Positions 10,801 through 24,678 of a stretch of DNA of 64,000 nucleotides are shown one piece after another. The first letter of the stretch is position 1. Every line of letters starts with the position of its first letter. The notes beneath the pieces are model-generated. The model was not told the origin of the DNA, ran no database searches, and saw only the letters and a list, made by a program, of their open reading frames with translations. The position numbers and the translations under genes were made by a program. This DNA is from Nemertoderma westbladi (Eukaryota > Animalia > Xenacoelomorpha): positions 1 to 64,000 of the forward strand of contig JAUCBJ010006822.1 of NCBI GenBank assembly GCA_032718475.1, written 5' to 3'.

Positions 10801-12288
10801 TTAGGAACCGAGAGGTTCATTACTGTAAGAATTGTTGGCTGATTGACTGGCTGGCTGGCTGATCTACAGCCAAAACTACTCTAACGATTTTGATGAAATT
10901 TTCACAGCATCTAGATACCGCGATTCTAAGGTCCCTGGTATGATCGGCTACTCCGTCCATAGCCTCTGGGCTCGAAAAATAGAGATAAACGAAAAAACGC
11001 CATAGACGCAATGGTAAAATAACACCCATGACAGCTGGTGTCCTGATGAAAAATGGCTTATGTAATGCATTTCTACACAAGGCTTAGTATAAATCGATGA
11101 GGTTGCCAAGATTATTGTACTTAGTACACCCATACTGTTTGTATAGGCCACCACTCTCTGTCAAAGCAAACATTAACGAGTTGGTTTAGTTTGAAATCTA
11201 ATATCGCCTCAGCTGAATTACTCTTCCCAATGCATTCTATGCGAATATCTCACTCTGCAAAATGTAAGCTGAATGACTCTTACGTACACAGTGAGTTGGC
11301 TACATTAATGCCAACATTATTGCAAAATGTTTTATTGTTGGATTACTCTCTGTCAGTCTCCCCTTCAGAACATTGTATAGGGAATTTACTTTAGTTTACT
11401 CTACTGTGCCATTCAGCTGAATGGATTTGAGCGATTGCCAAGTTACAGAGTTGGATCATTCTCTGACCATAGGCAAAGACATCAAATCTTTTTAAAAATA
11501 TACTTTTTCCATGTTTTTTTTTCTGATCAAAAATTTCAAAAAAAAATTTTTCTTAGCCAGTACTGCCAATCGATTCGCCATCAAAAATAACGCAAAAAAA
11601 TTTTTTTGCAAAATTTTAAATTACTGTAATTTTTGGCGACTGGGGGGGGGTCAATTTTTTTTGATCCGCTATAACTCCGGAACGCTTTGTCCAAATTCGA
11701 TGGGGTTTTCATTTTTCAACTTAATTCGATGTCCTCTTTCAGCCTATCCATGTTTCGAAACCCCAAACAGCGCCGTTCAAAAATAAATTTTTTCTAGTTC
11801 TAGAATTTTACAAATTTCAAAAAAGTTGCAGTATTTTATTAACGCCTTTACGGAATTCGATAGCGTTTTCGATTTTTATATTAAACGCAATATCCTGAAT
11901 CTCACTAGCCTAGTTTCGCGTCACCAATGCCAAGACTTCATACTTTTTGAGGAAAATTTTTCTAGAATAATTTTTATTCAAATTACATTTATCGCGATTT
12001 CTTATTACTGGTTGCACATGAATTGATGGAGTTTTCACTTTATTAACTAAACACGATATCGCGCATCGCACCAGCGTGGTTTCGAAATTCCAAAACGAGG
12101 TCTTCACTAGTTGCAGGTCGAATTTGTTCTAGAATTGAGCATCTAATAATAGATCGAATTTATTAATAATTATTGTATGAAATATGATTGTATTTTTACA
12201 TAATTATTAGTTCTATACTAATTCTCGTTGTTTCTTTTATTTAAAATAAAAAGTCGGTTCCTTATCGGGCCGCTAGGCCCGTCACTAG
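10801..12288 (+). mobile_element. Unit 4, type A
   Basis: A ends; followed by a 12-bp A stub at 12289-12300. Confidence 0.9.
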
Positions 12289-12300
12289 TTAGGAACCGAG

Positions 12301-13796
12301 TTAGCAAGTCGTTAGACTTGATTACTGTAAGAATTGTTGACTGACTGACTGGCTGGCTGGCTGGCTGACTGGCTGGCTGATCTACAGCCAAAACTACTCT
12401 AACGATTTTGATGAAATTTTCACAGCATCTAGATACCGCGATTCTAAGGTCCCTGGCATGATCGGCTACTCCGTCCATAGCCTCTGGGCTCGAAAAATAG
12501 AGATAAACGAAAAAACGCCATAGGCGCAATGGTAAAATAACACCAATGACAGCTGGTGTCCTGATGAAAAATGGCTTATGTAATGCATTTCTACACAAGG
12601 CTTAGTAATAAATCGATGAGGTTGCCAAGATTATTATACTTAGTACACCCATACTGTTTGTTTAGGCCCTAGGACACTCTGTCAAAGCAAATATTAACTG
12701 GTTGATTTAGTTTGTGGTTCTACACAGGCTTAGTATAAATCGGTGAGGCTGCCAACTGGTTGGTTTAGTTTGCAATCTATTACCGCCTCAGCTGAATAAC
12801 TCTTCCCCCTGCTGAATGACTGTTAGGTACAGGTTATTGGCTACATTAATGCCAACATTAATACAGTGGAAGCTGTATGCTTATAAGGTGGAATGTTTAC
12901 TCAGCCTTATACTGATACTCTGTAAGGTTAAGACTAACATTATAGTTTGAAATATAAAAATCACTTATTATTATCTGTATTGGGTTAATAATCACTGTGG
13001 CATTCAAAATGTTTTATAGGTGATTGACATTTAGTGCAAGCTGAATGACTGTTAGTTACAGAGTACTACAGTACTGCACTCTTATTTTATTTTTAAATCT
13101 TTCGTCCAACATTAATACTTTGGAGGTTGTATGCTTATAAGGCGAATGTTTACTCAGCTTCATACTGATACACTGTAAGGCTAACACTAACGTTATAGTT
13201 TAACACATAAAAATCACTGCTTATTATCTGTATCAGGTTACATACTGTGGCATTCAAAATGTTTAAATGTTTTATAGGTGATTGATATTTAGTGCAAGCT
13301 GAATGACTGTAGGTTACAGAGTACTATTGCACTGTATTTTATTTTTAAATCTTTTGGCCAACATTAATACTGTGGAGGCTGTATGCTTATAAGGCGGAAT
13401 GTTTACTCAGCCTCATACTGATACTCTGTAAGGCTTACACTAACATTATTGTTTGAAATATAAAAATAACTGCTTATTATCTGTATTGGGTTAATCACTG
13501 TGGCATTCAAAATGTTTTGTTAGGTGAATGACATTTAGTGGCTAAGATTATTCTCTGTCAGATTCCCTTCACACCATAGGCAAACATTGTTGAGGCTGAG
13601 GGAATTTACTTTAGTTTACTCTACTGAGTCATTCAGCTGAATGGATTTGAGCAATTGCCAAATTACAGAGTGGGATCTCTCTCTGACCATAGATAAATAA
13701 CACTTCCCTTCTGAACAAAGGTAAACATTGTTGAGGGAACTTACCTTTGATTGACGACTTCCGACTTGCTTAACGGCGTCTTGACGCCGTCTCTAG
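12301..13796 (+). mobile_element. Unit 5, type B-long (1496 bp)
   Basis: B ends; appears identical to unit 2. Confidence 0.9.
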
Positions 13797-15406
13797 TTAG
13801 GAACCGAGAGGTTCATTACTGTAAGAATTGCTCGTGGCTGGCTGGCTGGCTGACTGACTGGCTGATCTACAGCCAAAACTACTCTAACGATTTTGATGAA
13901 ATTTTCACAGCGGCTAGATACCGCGATTCTAAGGTCCCTGGAATGTTCCGCTATTTTGTCCATGAGCCGTGGGCTCGAAAAATAGACATAAACGAAAAAA
14001 CGCCATAGGCGCAATGATAAAAACACCAGCTGGCACTCATGAAAAATGCATAGAGATGGCCTAGTAATGCTATTCTATAGGAATGGCCACCTAACAAGGA
14101 AATGCTTTCTCTGCCAAGTATTATCCTCACTCTACAACTCAGACAGTAAGCAAACAAAAGCTGTGGGATTCTAATGTATTACATCATAAGCTGATTGCTC
14201 TCCCAATAGCCCTCACACACTCACTGAATCCAATGAAATCGAATATCTATTAGCTTAATGCGAATAGCTGGTAAGCTGAATGCCATTTTAGTTATTGTGT
14301 ACTGTTGATAGCAGAGTTGACTGCTATGTTGTATGTATTTAATTAAAATAATTTTCGTAGAGGGAAGTTAATTTGGGATTACTTTCTATCAGATGTAAGC
14401 AAAGCTGTTCAATGGGGTGGGTCATGGGACCCAAATATAGTACATTATGCATGGCAAACATTAATAAAATCATTCAGTCAACATGGAGGGTATTTGCTTA
14501 GTTAACTCTACTGTGCGAAAAACGAATTTATAATGTTACCCATACTTCAGGTGAATGAATTTTTAGATATTTGTACTGGAGGCAAGGATTTCTGATATAA
14601 TTAAATATATATTTCGATATTATGTAGTTGCGCCCTTCTAGCAGCACGTGAGATAATCAAGTAATAGACACAATGTTTGACTTTGTCCCTTCAAGCAGCA
14701 CGTGAGTTTTGCTTTGACCCTTCGATATATGTATTTGCGCCCTTCGAGCAGCACGTGAATTACATCAAATAATAGACACATTGTTTAACTTTGTCCCTTC
14801 GAGCAGCACGTGAGTTTTGCTTTGACCCTTCGATATATGTATTTGCGCCCTTCGAGCAGCACGGGGAGTTGACTCAGACCGAGCCGAGCCGAGCCGAGCC
14901 GAGCCGAGCCGAGCCGAGCCGAGCCGAGCCGAGCCGAGCCGAGCCGAGCCGAGCCGAGCCGAGCCGAGCCGAGGCGAGCAAAGCCGAGCCGAGTTGAGCC
15001 GAGCCGAGCCGAGCGGAGCCGAGCCGAGCCGAGCCGAGCCGAGCCGAGCCGAGCCGTGCCGAGCCGAGCCGAGCCGAGCCGAGCCGAGCCGAGCCGAGCC
15101 GAGCCGAGCCGAGCCGAGCCGAGCCGAGCCGAGCCGAGCCGAGCCGAGCCGAGCCGAACCGAGCCGAGCCGAACCGAGCCGAGCCGAGCCGAGCCGAGAC
15201 AAGCCAAGCCAAGCCGAGCCGAGCCGAGCCGAGCCGAGCCGAGCCGAGCCGAGCCGAGCCGAGCCGAGCCGAGCCGAGCCGAACCGAACCAAACCAAACC
15301 GAACCGAGCCGAGCCGAGCCAAATCGTGCAAGACCGAGCCGAGCTCGTTGTCTCTTTTATTTGAAAAAAAATCGGTTCCTTATCGGGCCGCTAGGCCCGT
15401 CACTAG
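13797..15406 (+). mobile_element. Unit 6, type C (A key, CACGTG repeats and (GAGCC)n)
   Basis: A ends with a different body. Confidence 0.9.
14876..15345 (+). repeat. (GAGCC)n pentamer microsatellite inside unit 6
   Basis: Read directly; source of the AEPSR/SARLG ORFs. Confidence 0.98.
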
Positions 15407-16900
15407 TTAGGAACCGAGAGGTTCATTACTGTAAGAATTGTTGGCTGATTGACTGGCTGGCTGACTGGCTGGCTGGCTGGCTGGCTGATCTACAGCCAAA
15501 ACTACTCTAACAATTTTGATGAAATTTTCACAGTGGCTTGATACCGCGATTCGAAGGTCCCTGGTATGTTCCGCTATTTCGTCCATGAGCCGTGGGCTCG
15601 AAAAATAGACATAAACGAAAAAACGCCATTGGTGCAATGGTAAAATATCACCAATAACAGCTGGTGTCGTGATGAAAAATGGCTTATGTAATGGATTTCT
15701 ACACAAGGCTTAGTATAAATCGATGAGGTTGCCAAGATTATTCACTTAGTACACCAATACTGTTTGTTTAGGCCCTATGACACTCTGTCAAAGCAAATAT
15801 TTACTGGTTGGTTTAGTTTGAAATCTATTATTGCCTCAGCTGAATTACTCTTCCCAATGCGCACTCTATGGGAATATCTCCCTCTGCTAATGTAAGCTGA
15901 ATGACTTAAGTACACAGTGTGTTGGCTACATTAATGCCGTTTTATTGTTGGATTACTCTCTGTCAGTCTCCCCTTCAGAACATTGTATAGGGAATTTAAT
16001 TTAGTTTACTCTACTGTGCCATTCAGCTGAATGGATTTGAGCGATTGCCAAGTTACAGAGTTGGATCATTCTCTGACCATAGGCAAAGACATGAAATCTT
16101 TTTAAAAATATACTTTTTCCATGTTTTTTTTTCTGACCAAAAATTTCAAAAAAAAATTTTTCGTAGCCAGTACTGCCAATCGATTCGCCATCAAAAATAA
16201 CGCAAAAATTTTTTTTTGCAAAATTTTAAATTGCTGTAAATTTTTGGCGACTGGGGGGGGGGGTCAATTTTTTTCGATCCGCTATAACTCCGGAACGCTT
16301 TGTCCAAATTCGATGGGGTTTTCATTTTTCAACTTAATTCGACGTCCTCTTTCAGCCTATCCATGTTTCGAAACCCCAAACAGCGCCGTTCAAAAATTGA
16401 TTTTTTCTAGTTCTAGAATTTTACAAATTTCAAAAAAGTTGCAGTATTTTATTAACGCCTTTACGGAATTCGATAGCGTTTTCGATTTTTATATTAAACG
16501 CAATATCCTGAATCTCACTAGCCTAGTTTCGCGTCACCAATGCCAAGACTTCATACTTTTTGAGGAAAATTTTTCTAGAATAATTTTTACTTAATTACAT
16601 TTATCGCGATTTCTTATTACTGCTTGCACATGAATTGATGGAGTTTTCAATTTATTAACTAAACACGATATCGCGCATCGCACCAGCGTGGTTTCGAAAT
16701 TCCAAAACGAGGTCTTCACTAGTTGCAGGTCGATTTTGTTCTAGAATTGAGCAACTAATAATAGATCGAATTTATTAATAATTATTGTATGAAATATGAT
16801 TGTATTTTTACATAATTATTAGTTCTATACTAATTCTCGTTGTCTCTTTTATTTAAAATAAAAAGTCGGTTCCTTATCGGGCCGCTAGGCCCGTCACTAG
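15407..16900 (+). mobile_element. Unit 7, type A
   Basis: A ends and A body. Confidence 0.9.
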
Positions 16901-17234
16901 TTAGCAAGTCGTAGGACTTGATTACTGTAAGAATTGTTGGCTGATTGACTGGCTGGCTGGCTGGCTGACTGGCTGGCTGGCTGGCTGGCTGATCTACAGC
17001 CAAAACTACTCTAACGATTTTGATGAAATTTTCACAGCGGCTAGATACCGCGATTCTAAGGTCCCTGGTATGTTCCGCTATTTCGTCCATGAGCCGTGGG
17101 CTCGAAAAATAGACATAAACGAAAAAACGCCATAGGCGCAATGGTAAAATAACACCAATGACAGCTTGTTGATGGAATTTACATTTGATTGATGACTTCC
17201 GACTTGCTTAACGGCGTCTTGACGCCGTCTCTAG
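16901..17234 (+). mobile_element. Unit 8, type B-short (334 bp)
   Basis: B ends. Confidence 0.9.
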
Positions 17235-18723
17235 TTAGGAACCGAGAGGTTCATTACTGTAAGAATTGCTCGTGACTGACTGACTGACTGGCTGGCTGAT
17301 CTACAGCCAAAACTACTCTAACGATTTTGATGAAATTTTCACAGCGGCTAGATACCGCGATTCTAAGGTCCCTGGTATGTTCCGCTATTTCGTCCATGAG
17401 CCGTGGGCTCGAAAAATAGACATAAACGAAAAAACGCCATAGGCGCAATGGTAAAATAACACCAATAACAGCTGGTGTCGTGATGAAAAATGGCTTATGT
17501 AATGCATTTCTACAGAAGGCTTAGTAATAAATCGATGAGGTTGCCAAGATTATTATACTCAGTACACCCATACTGTTTGTATAGGCCACCACTCTCTGTC
17601 AAAGCAAACATTAACTGGTTGGTTTAGTTTGAAATCTAATATCGCCTCAGCTGAATTACTCTTCCCAATGCAATCTATGGGAATATCTCACTCTGCTAAT
17701 GTAAGCTGAATGACTGTTACGTACACAGTGAGTTGGCTACATTAATGCCAACATTATTGCAAAATGTTTTATTGTTGGATTACTCTCTGTCAGTCTCCCC
17801 TTCAGAACATTGTATAGGGAATTTACTTTAGTTTACTCTACTGTGCCATTCAGCTGAATGGATTTGAGCGATTGCCAAGTTACAGAGTTGGATCATTCTC
17901 TGACCATAGGCAAAGACATCAAATCTTTTTAAAAATATACTTTTTCCATGTTTTTTTTTCTGACCAAAAATTTCAAAAAAAATTTTTCGTAGCCAGTACT
18001 GCCAATCGATTCGCCATCAAAAATAACGCAAAAAATTTTTTTTGCAAAATTTTAAATTACTGTAAATTTTTGGCGACTGGGGGGGGTCAATTTTTTTCGA
18101 TCCGCTATAACTCCGGAACGCTTTGTCCAAATTCGATGGGGTTTTCATTTTTCAACTTAATTCGATGTCCTCTTTCAGCCTATCCATGTTTCGAAACCCC
18201 AAACAGCGCCGTTCAAAAATTAATTTTTTCTAGTTCTAGAATTTTACAAATTTCAAAAAAGTTGCAGTATTTTATTAACGCCTTTACGGAATTCGATAGC
18301 GTTTTCGATTTTTATATTAAACGCAATATCCTGAATCTCACTAGCCTAGTTTCGCGTCACCAATGCCAAGACTTCATACTTTTTGAGGAAAATTTTTCTA
18401 GAATAATTTTTATTTAATTACATTTATCGCGATTTCTTATTACTGGTTGCACATGAATTGATGGAGTTTTCAATTTATTAACTAAACACGATATCGCGCA
18501 TCGCACCAGCGTGGTTTCGAAATTCCAAAACGAGGTCTTCACTAGTTGCAGGTCGATTTTGTTCTAGAATTGAGCAACTAATAATAGATCGAATTTATTA
18601 ATAATTATTGTATGAAATATGATTGTATTTTTACATAATTATTAGTTCTATACTAATTCTCGTTGTCTCTTTTATTTAAAATAAAAAGTCGGTTCCTTAT
18701 CGGGCCGCTAGGCCCGTCACTAG
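17235..18723 (+). mobile_element. Unit 9, type A
   Basis: A ends and A body. Confidence 0.9.
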
Positions 18724-20368
18724 TTAGGAACCGAGAGGTTCATTACTGTAAGAATTGTTAGCTGACTGGCTGACTGACTGGCTGGCTGATCTACAGCCAA
18801 AACTACTCTAACGATTTTGATGAAATTTTCACAGCGGCTAGATACCGCGATTCTAAGGTCCCTGGTATGTTCCGCTATTTCGTCCATGAGCCGTGGGCTC
18901 GAAAAATAGACATAAACGAAAAAACGCCATAGGCGCAATGGTAAAATAACACCAATGACAGCTGGTGTCCTGATGAAAAATGGCTTATGTAATGCATTTC
19001 TACACAAGGCTTAGTATAAATCGATGAGGTTGCCAAGATTATTGTACTTAGTACACCCATACTGTTTGTTTAGGCCCTGCACTCTCTGTCAAAGCAAATA
19101 TTAACTGGTTGATTTAGTTTGTGGTTCTACACAGGCTTAGTATAAATCGATGAGGCTGCCAACTGGTTGGTTTAGTTTGCAATCTATTACCGCCTCAGCT
19201 GAATAACTCTTCCCCCTGCTGAATGACTATTAGGTATACAGTGTATCGGCTACATTAATGCCAACATTAATACTGTGGAGGCTGTATGCTTATAAGGTGG
19301 AATGTTTACTCAGCCTTATACTGATACTCTGTAAGGCTAAGACTAACATTATAGTTTGAAATATAAAAATCACTTCTTGGCTACATTAATGCCAACATTA
19401 TTGCAAAGTGTTTTATTGTTGGATTACTCTCTGTCAGTCTCCCCTTCAGAACATTGTATTGGGAATTTACTTTAGTTTACTCTACTGTGCCATTCAGCTG
19501 AATGGATTTGAGCGATTGCCAAGTTACAGAGTTGGATCATTCTCTGACCATATGCAAAGACATGAAATCTTTTTAAAAATATACTTTTTCCATGTTTTTT
19601 TTTCTGACCTAAAATTTCAAAAAAAAATTTTTCGTAGCCAGTACTGCCAATCGATTCGCCATCAAAAATAACGCAAAAAATTTTTTTTGCAAAATTTTAA
19701 ATTACTGTAAATTTTTGGCGACTGGGGGGGGTCAATTTTTTTCGATCCGCTATAACTCCGGAACGCTTTGTCCAAATTCGATGGGGTTTTCATTTTTCAA
19801 CTTAATTCGATGTCCTCTTTCAGCCTATCCATGTTTCGAAACCCCAAACAGCGCCGTTCAAAAATTAATTTTTTCTAGTTCTAGAATTTTACAAATTTCA
19901 AAAAAGTTGCAGTATTTTATTAACGCCTTTACGGAATTCGATAGCGTTTTCGATTTTTATATTAAACGCAATATCCTGAATCTCAATAGCCTAGTTTCGC
20001 GTCACCAATGCCAAGACTTCATACTTTTTGAGGAAAATTTTTCTAGATTAATTTTTATTTAATTACATTTATCGCGATTTCTTATTACTGGTTGCACATG
20101 AACTGATGGAGTTTTCAATTTATTAACCAAACACGATATCGCGCATCGCACCAGCGTGGTTTCGAAATTCCAAAACGAGGTCTTCACTAGTTGCAGGTCG
20201 ATTTTGTTCTAGAATTGAGCAACTAATAATAGATCAAATTTATTAATAATTATTGTATGAAATATGATTGTATTTTTACATAATTATTAGTTCTATACTA
20301 ATTCTCGTTGTCTCTTTTAATTAAAATAAAAAGTCGGTTCCTTATCGGGCCGCTAGGCCCGTCACTAG
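18724..20368 (+). mobile_element. Unit 10, type A, longer variant carrying part of the B-long body
   Basis: A ends; about 19100-19377 matches the B-long interior. Confidence 0.88.
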
Positions 20369-20701
20369 TTAGCAAGTCGTAGACTTGATTACTGTAAGAA
20401 TTGTTGGCTGATTGACTGGCTGGCTGGCTGGCTGACTGGCTGGCTGGCTGGCTGGCTGATCTACAGCCAAAACTACTCTAACGATTTTGATGAAATTTTC
20501 ACAGCGGCTAGATACCGCGATTCTAAGGTCCCTGGTATGTTCCGCTATTTCGTCCATGAGCCGTGGGCTCGAAAAATAGACATAAACGAAAAAACGCCAT
20601 AGGCGCAATGGTAAAATAACACCAATGACAGCTTGTTGATGGAATTTACATTTGATTGATGACTTCCGACTTGCTTAACGGCGTCTTGACGCCGTCTCTA
20701 G
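20369..20701 (+). mobile_element. Unit 11, type B-short
   Basis: B ends. Confidence 0.9.
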
Positions 20702-20992
20702 TTAGGAACCGAGAGGTTCATTACTGTAAGAATTGTTTGCTGATTGACTGACTGGCTGACTGACTGGCTGGCTGATCTACAGCCAAAACTACTCTAACGA
20801 TTTTGATGAAATTTTCACAGCGGCTAGATACCGCGATTCTAAGGTCCCTGATATGTTCCGCTATTTCGTCCATGAGCCGTGGGCTCGAAAAATAGAGATA
20901 AACGAAAAAACGCCATAGGCGCAATGGTAAAATAACACACCCATGACAGCTGGTGTCCTGATGAAAAATGGCTTATGTAATGCATTTCTACA

Positions 20993-23313
20993 CTAGTGAC
21001 GGGCCTAGCGGCCCGATAAGGAACCGACTTTTTATTTCAAATAAAAGAGACAACGAGCTCGGCTCGGTCTTGCACGATTGGGCACGATTAAGTTCGACTT
21101 GGCTTGATCGGCTCGGCTTGGCTTGGTTCGGCTCGGCTCGGCTCGTTTCGGCTCGGCTCGGCTCGGCTCGGCTCGGCTCGGCTCGGTTCGGCTCGGCTCG
21201 GCTCGGCTCGGCTCGGCTCGGCTCGGCTCGGCACGGCTCGGCTCGGCTCGGCTCGGCTCGGCTCGGCTCGGCTCGGCTCGGCTCGGGTCGGCTCGGCTCG
21301 GCTCGGCTCGGCTCGGCTCGGCTCGGCTCTGCTCGGCTCGGCTTGGCTCGGCTCGGCTCGGCTCGGCTCGGCTCGGCTCGGCTTGGCTCGGCTCGGCTCG
21401 GCTCGGCTCGGCTTGGCTCGGCTCGGCTCGGCTCGGCTCGGCTCGGCTCGGCTCGGCTCGGCTCGGCTCGGCTCGGCTCGGCTCGGCTCGGCTCGGCTCG
21501 GCTCGGCTCGGTTCGGCTCGGCTCGGCTCGGCTCGGCTCGGCTCGGCTCGGCTCGGCTCGGCTCGGCTCGGCTCGGCTCGGCTCGGCTCGGCTCGGCTCG
21601 GCTCGGCTCGGCTCGGCTCGGCTCGGCTCGGCTCGGCTCGGCTCGGCTCGGCTCGGCTCGGCTCGGCTCGGCTCGGCTCGGCTCGGCTCGGCTCGGCTCG
21701 GCTCGGCTCGGCTCGGCTTGGCTCGGCTCGGCTCGGCTCGGCTCGGCTTGGCTCGGCTCGGCTCGGCTCGGCTCCGCTCGGCTCGGCTCGGCTCGGCTCG
21801 GCTCGGCTCGGCTCGGCTCGGCTCGGCTCGGCTCGGCTCGGCTCGGCTCGGTTCGGCTCGGCTCGGCACGGCACGGCTCGGCTCGGCTCGGTTCGGCTCG
21901 GCTCGGCTCGGCTCGGCTCGGCTCGGCTTGGCTCGGCTCGGCTCGGCTCGGCTCGGCTCGGCTCGGCTCGGCTCGGCTCGGCTCGGCTCGGCTCGGCTCG
22001 GCTCGGCTCGGCTCGGCTCGGCTCGGCTCGGCTCGGCTCGGCTCGGCTCGGCTCGGCTCGGCTCGGCTCGGCTTGGCTCGGCTTGGCTTGGCTCGGCTCG
22101 GCTCGGCTCGGCTCGGCTCGGCTCGGCTCCGCTCGGCTCCGCTCGGCTCGGCTCGACTCGGCTCGGCTCGGTCTGAGTCGACTCCCCGTGCTGCTCGAAG
22201 GGCGCAAATACATATATCGAAGGGTCAAAGCAAAACTCACGTGCTGCTCGAAGGGACAAAGTCAAATATCGAAGGGTCAAAGCAAAACTCACGTGCTGCT
22301 CGAAGGGACAAAGTCAAACAATGTGTCTATTATTTGATGTAATTCACGTGCTGCTCGAAGGGCGCAAATACATATATCGAAGGGTCAAAGCAAAACTCAC
22401 GTGCTGCTCGAAGGGACAAAGTCAAACATTGTGTCTATTATTTGATTATCTCACGTGCTGCTAGAAGGGCGCAACTACATATATCGAAACAAGCCCCTGT
22501 CTTGTATTTTAATTATATCAGAAATCCTTGCCTTCAGTACAAATATCTAAAAATTCATTCACCTGAAGTATGGGTAACATTATAAATTCGTTTTTCGCAC
22601 AGTAGAGTTAACTAAGCAAATACCCTCGGTCCAGGTTGACTGAATGATTTTATTAATGTTTGCCATGCATAATGTACTATATTTGGGTCCCATGACCCAC
22701 CCCATTGAACAGCTTTGCTTACATCTGATAGAAAGTAATCCCAAATTAACTTCCCTCTACGAAAATTATTTTAATTAAATACATACAACATAGCAGTCTA
22801 CTCTGCAATCAACAGTACACAATAACTAAAATGGCATTCAGCTTACCAGCTATTCGCATTAAGCTAATAGATATACGATTTCATTCGATTCAGTGAGTGT
22901 GTGAGGGCTATTGGGAGAGCAATCAGCTTATGATGTAATACATTAGAATCCCACGGCTTTTGTTTGCTTACTGTCTGAGTTGTAGAGTGAGGATAATACT
23001 TGGCAGAGAAAGCATTTCCTTGTTAGGTGGCCATTCCTATAGAATAGCATTACTAGGCTTTCTCTATCCATTTTTCATGAGTGCCAGCTGGTGTTTTTAT
23101 CATTGCGCCTATGGCGTTTTTTCGTTTATGTCTATTTTTCGAGCCCAAGGCTCATGGACGAAATAGCGGAACATACCAGGGACCTTAGAATCGCGGTATC
23201 CAGCCGCTGTGAAAATTTCATCAAAATCGTTAGAGTAGTTTTGGCTATAGATTAACCAGCCAGTCAATCAATCAGCCAACAATTCTTACAGTAATGAACC
23301 TCTCGGTTCCTAA
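20993..23313 (-). mobile_element. Inverted complete type C element nested in unit 12
   Basis: Begins CTAGTGACGGGCCTAGCGGCCCG and ends CTCTCGGTTCCTAA, the reverse complements of the A ends. Confidence 0.93.
21055..22175 (-). repeat. (GGCTC)n pentamer tract, about 1.1 kb
   Basis: Read directly. Confidence 0.98.
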
Positions 23314-24678
23314 CAAGGCTTAATATAAATCGATGAGGTTGCCAAGATTATTGTACTTAGTACACCCATACTGTTTGTTTAGGCCCTGCACTCTCTGTCA
23401 AAGCAAATATTAACTGGTTGATTTAGTTTGTGGTTCTACACAGGCTTAGTATAAATCGATGAGGCTGCCAACTGGTTGGTTTAGTTTGCAATCTATTACC
23501 GCCTCAGCTGAATAACTCTACCCCCTGCTGAATGACTATTAGGTATACAGTGTATCGGCTACATTAATGCCAACATTAATACTGTGGAGGCTGTATGCTT
23601 ATAAGGTGGAATGTTTACTCAGCCTTATACTGATACTCTGTAAGGCTAAGACTAACATTATAGTTTGAAATATAAAAATCACTTCTTGGCTACATTAATG
23701 CCAACATTATTGCAAAGTGTTTTATTGTTGGATTACTCTCTGTCAGTCTCCCCTTCAGAACATTGTATTGGGAATTTACTTTAGTTTACTCTACTGTGCC
23801 ATTCAGCTGAATGGATTTGAGCGATTGCCAAGTTACAGAGTTGGATCATTCTCTGACCATATGCAAAGACATGAAATCTTTTTAAAAATATACTTTTTCA
23901 ATGTTTTTTTTTCTGACCTAAAATTTCAAAAAAAAAATTTTCGTAGCCAGTACTGCCAATCGATTCGCCATCAAAAATAACGCAAAAAATTTTTTTTGCA
24001 AAATTTTAAATTACTGTAAATTTTTGGCGACTGGGGGGGGTCAATTTTTTTCGATCCGCTATAACTCCGGAACGCTTTGTCCAAATTCGATGGGGTTTTC
24101 ATTTTTCAACTTAATTCGATGTCCTCTTTCAGCCTATCCATGTTTCGAAACCCCAAACAGCGCCTTTTCAAAAATTAATTTTTTCTAGTTCTAGAATTTT
24201 ACAAATTTCAAAAAAGTTGCAGTATTTTATTAACGCCTTTACGGAATTCGATAACGTTTTCGATTTTTATATTAAACGCAATATCCTGAATCTCAATAGC
24301 CTAGTTTCGCGTCACCAATGCCAAGATTTCATACTTTTTGAGGAAAATTTTTCTAGATTAATATTTATTTAATTACATTTATCGCGATTTCTTATTACTG
24401 GTTGCACATGAACTGATGGAGTTTTCAATTTATTAACCAAACACGATATCGCGCATCGCACCAGCGTGGTTTCGAAATTCCAAAACGAGGTCTTCACTAG
24501 TTGCAGGTCGATTTTGTTCTAGAATTGAGCAACTAATAATAGATCAAATTTATTAATAATTATTGTATGAAATATGATTGTATTTTTACATAATTATTAG
24601 TTCTATACTAATTCTCGTTGTCTCTTTTATTTAAAATAAAAAGTCGGTTCCTTATCGGGCCGCTAGGCCCGTCACTAG

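Larger units (their letters stand above)
20702..24678 (+). mobile_element. Unit 12, type A longer variant, interrupted by an inverted type C copy
   Basis: Removing 20993-23313 restores TTCTACA|CAAGGCTT with no duplication. Confidence 0.9.

Noticed and set aside
14765-22342. Long ORFs of SARLG/AEPSR repeats (up to 434 aa)
   Set aside because: They are translations of a stop-free pentamer microsatellite that is open in all frames; no evidence of coding.
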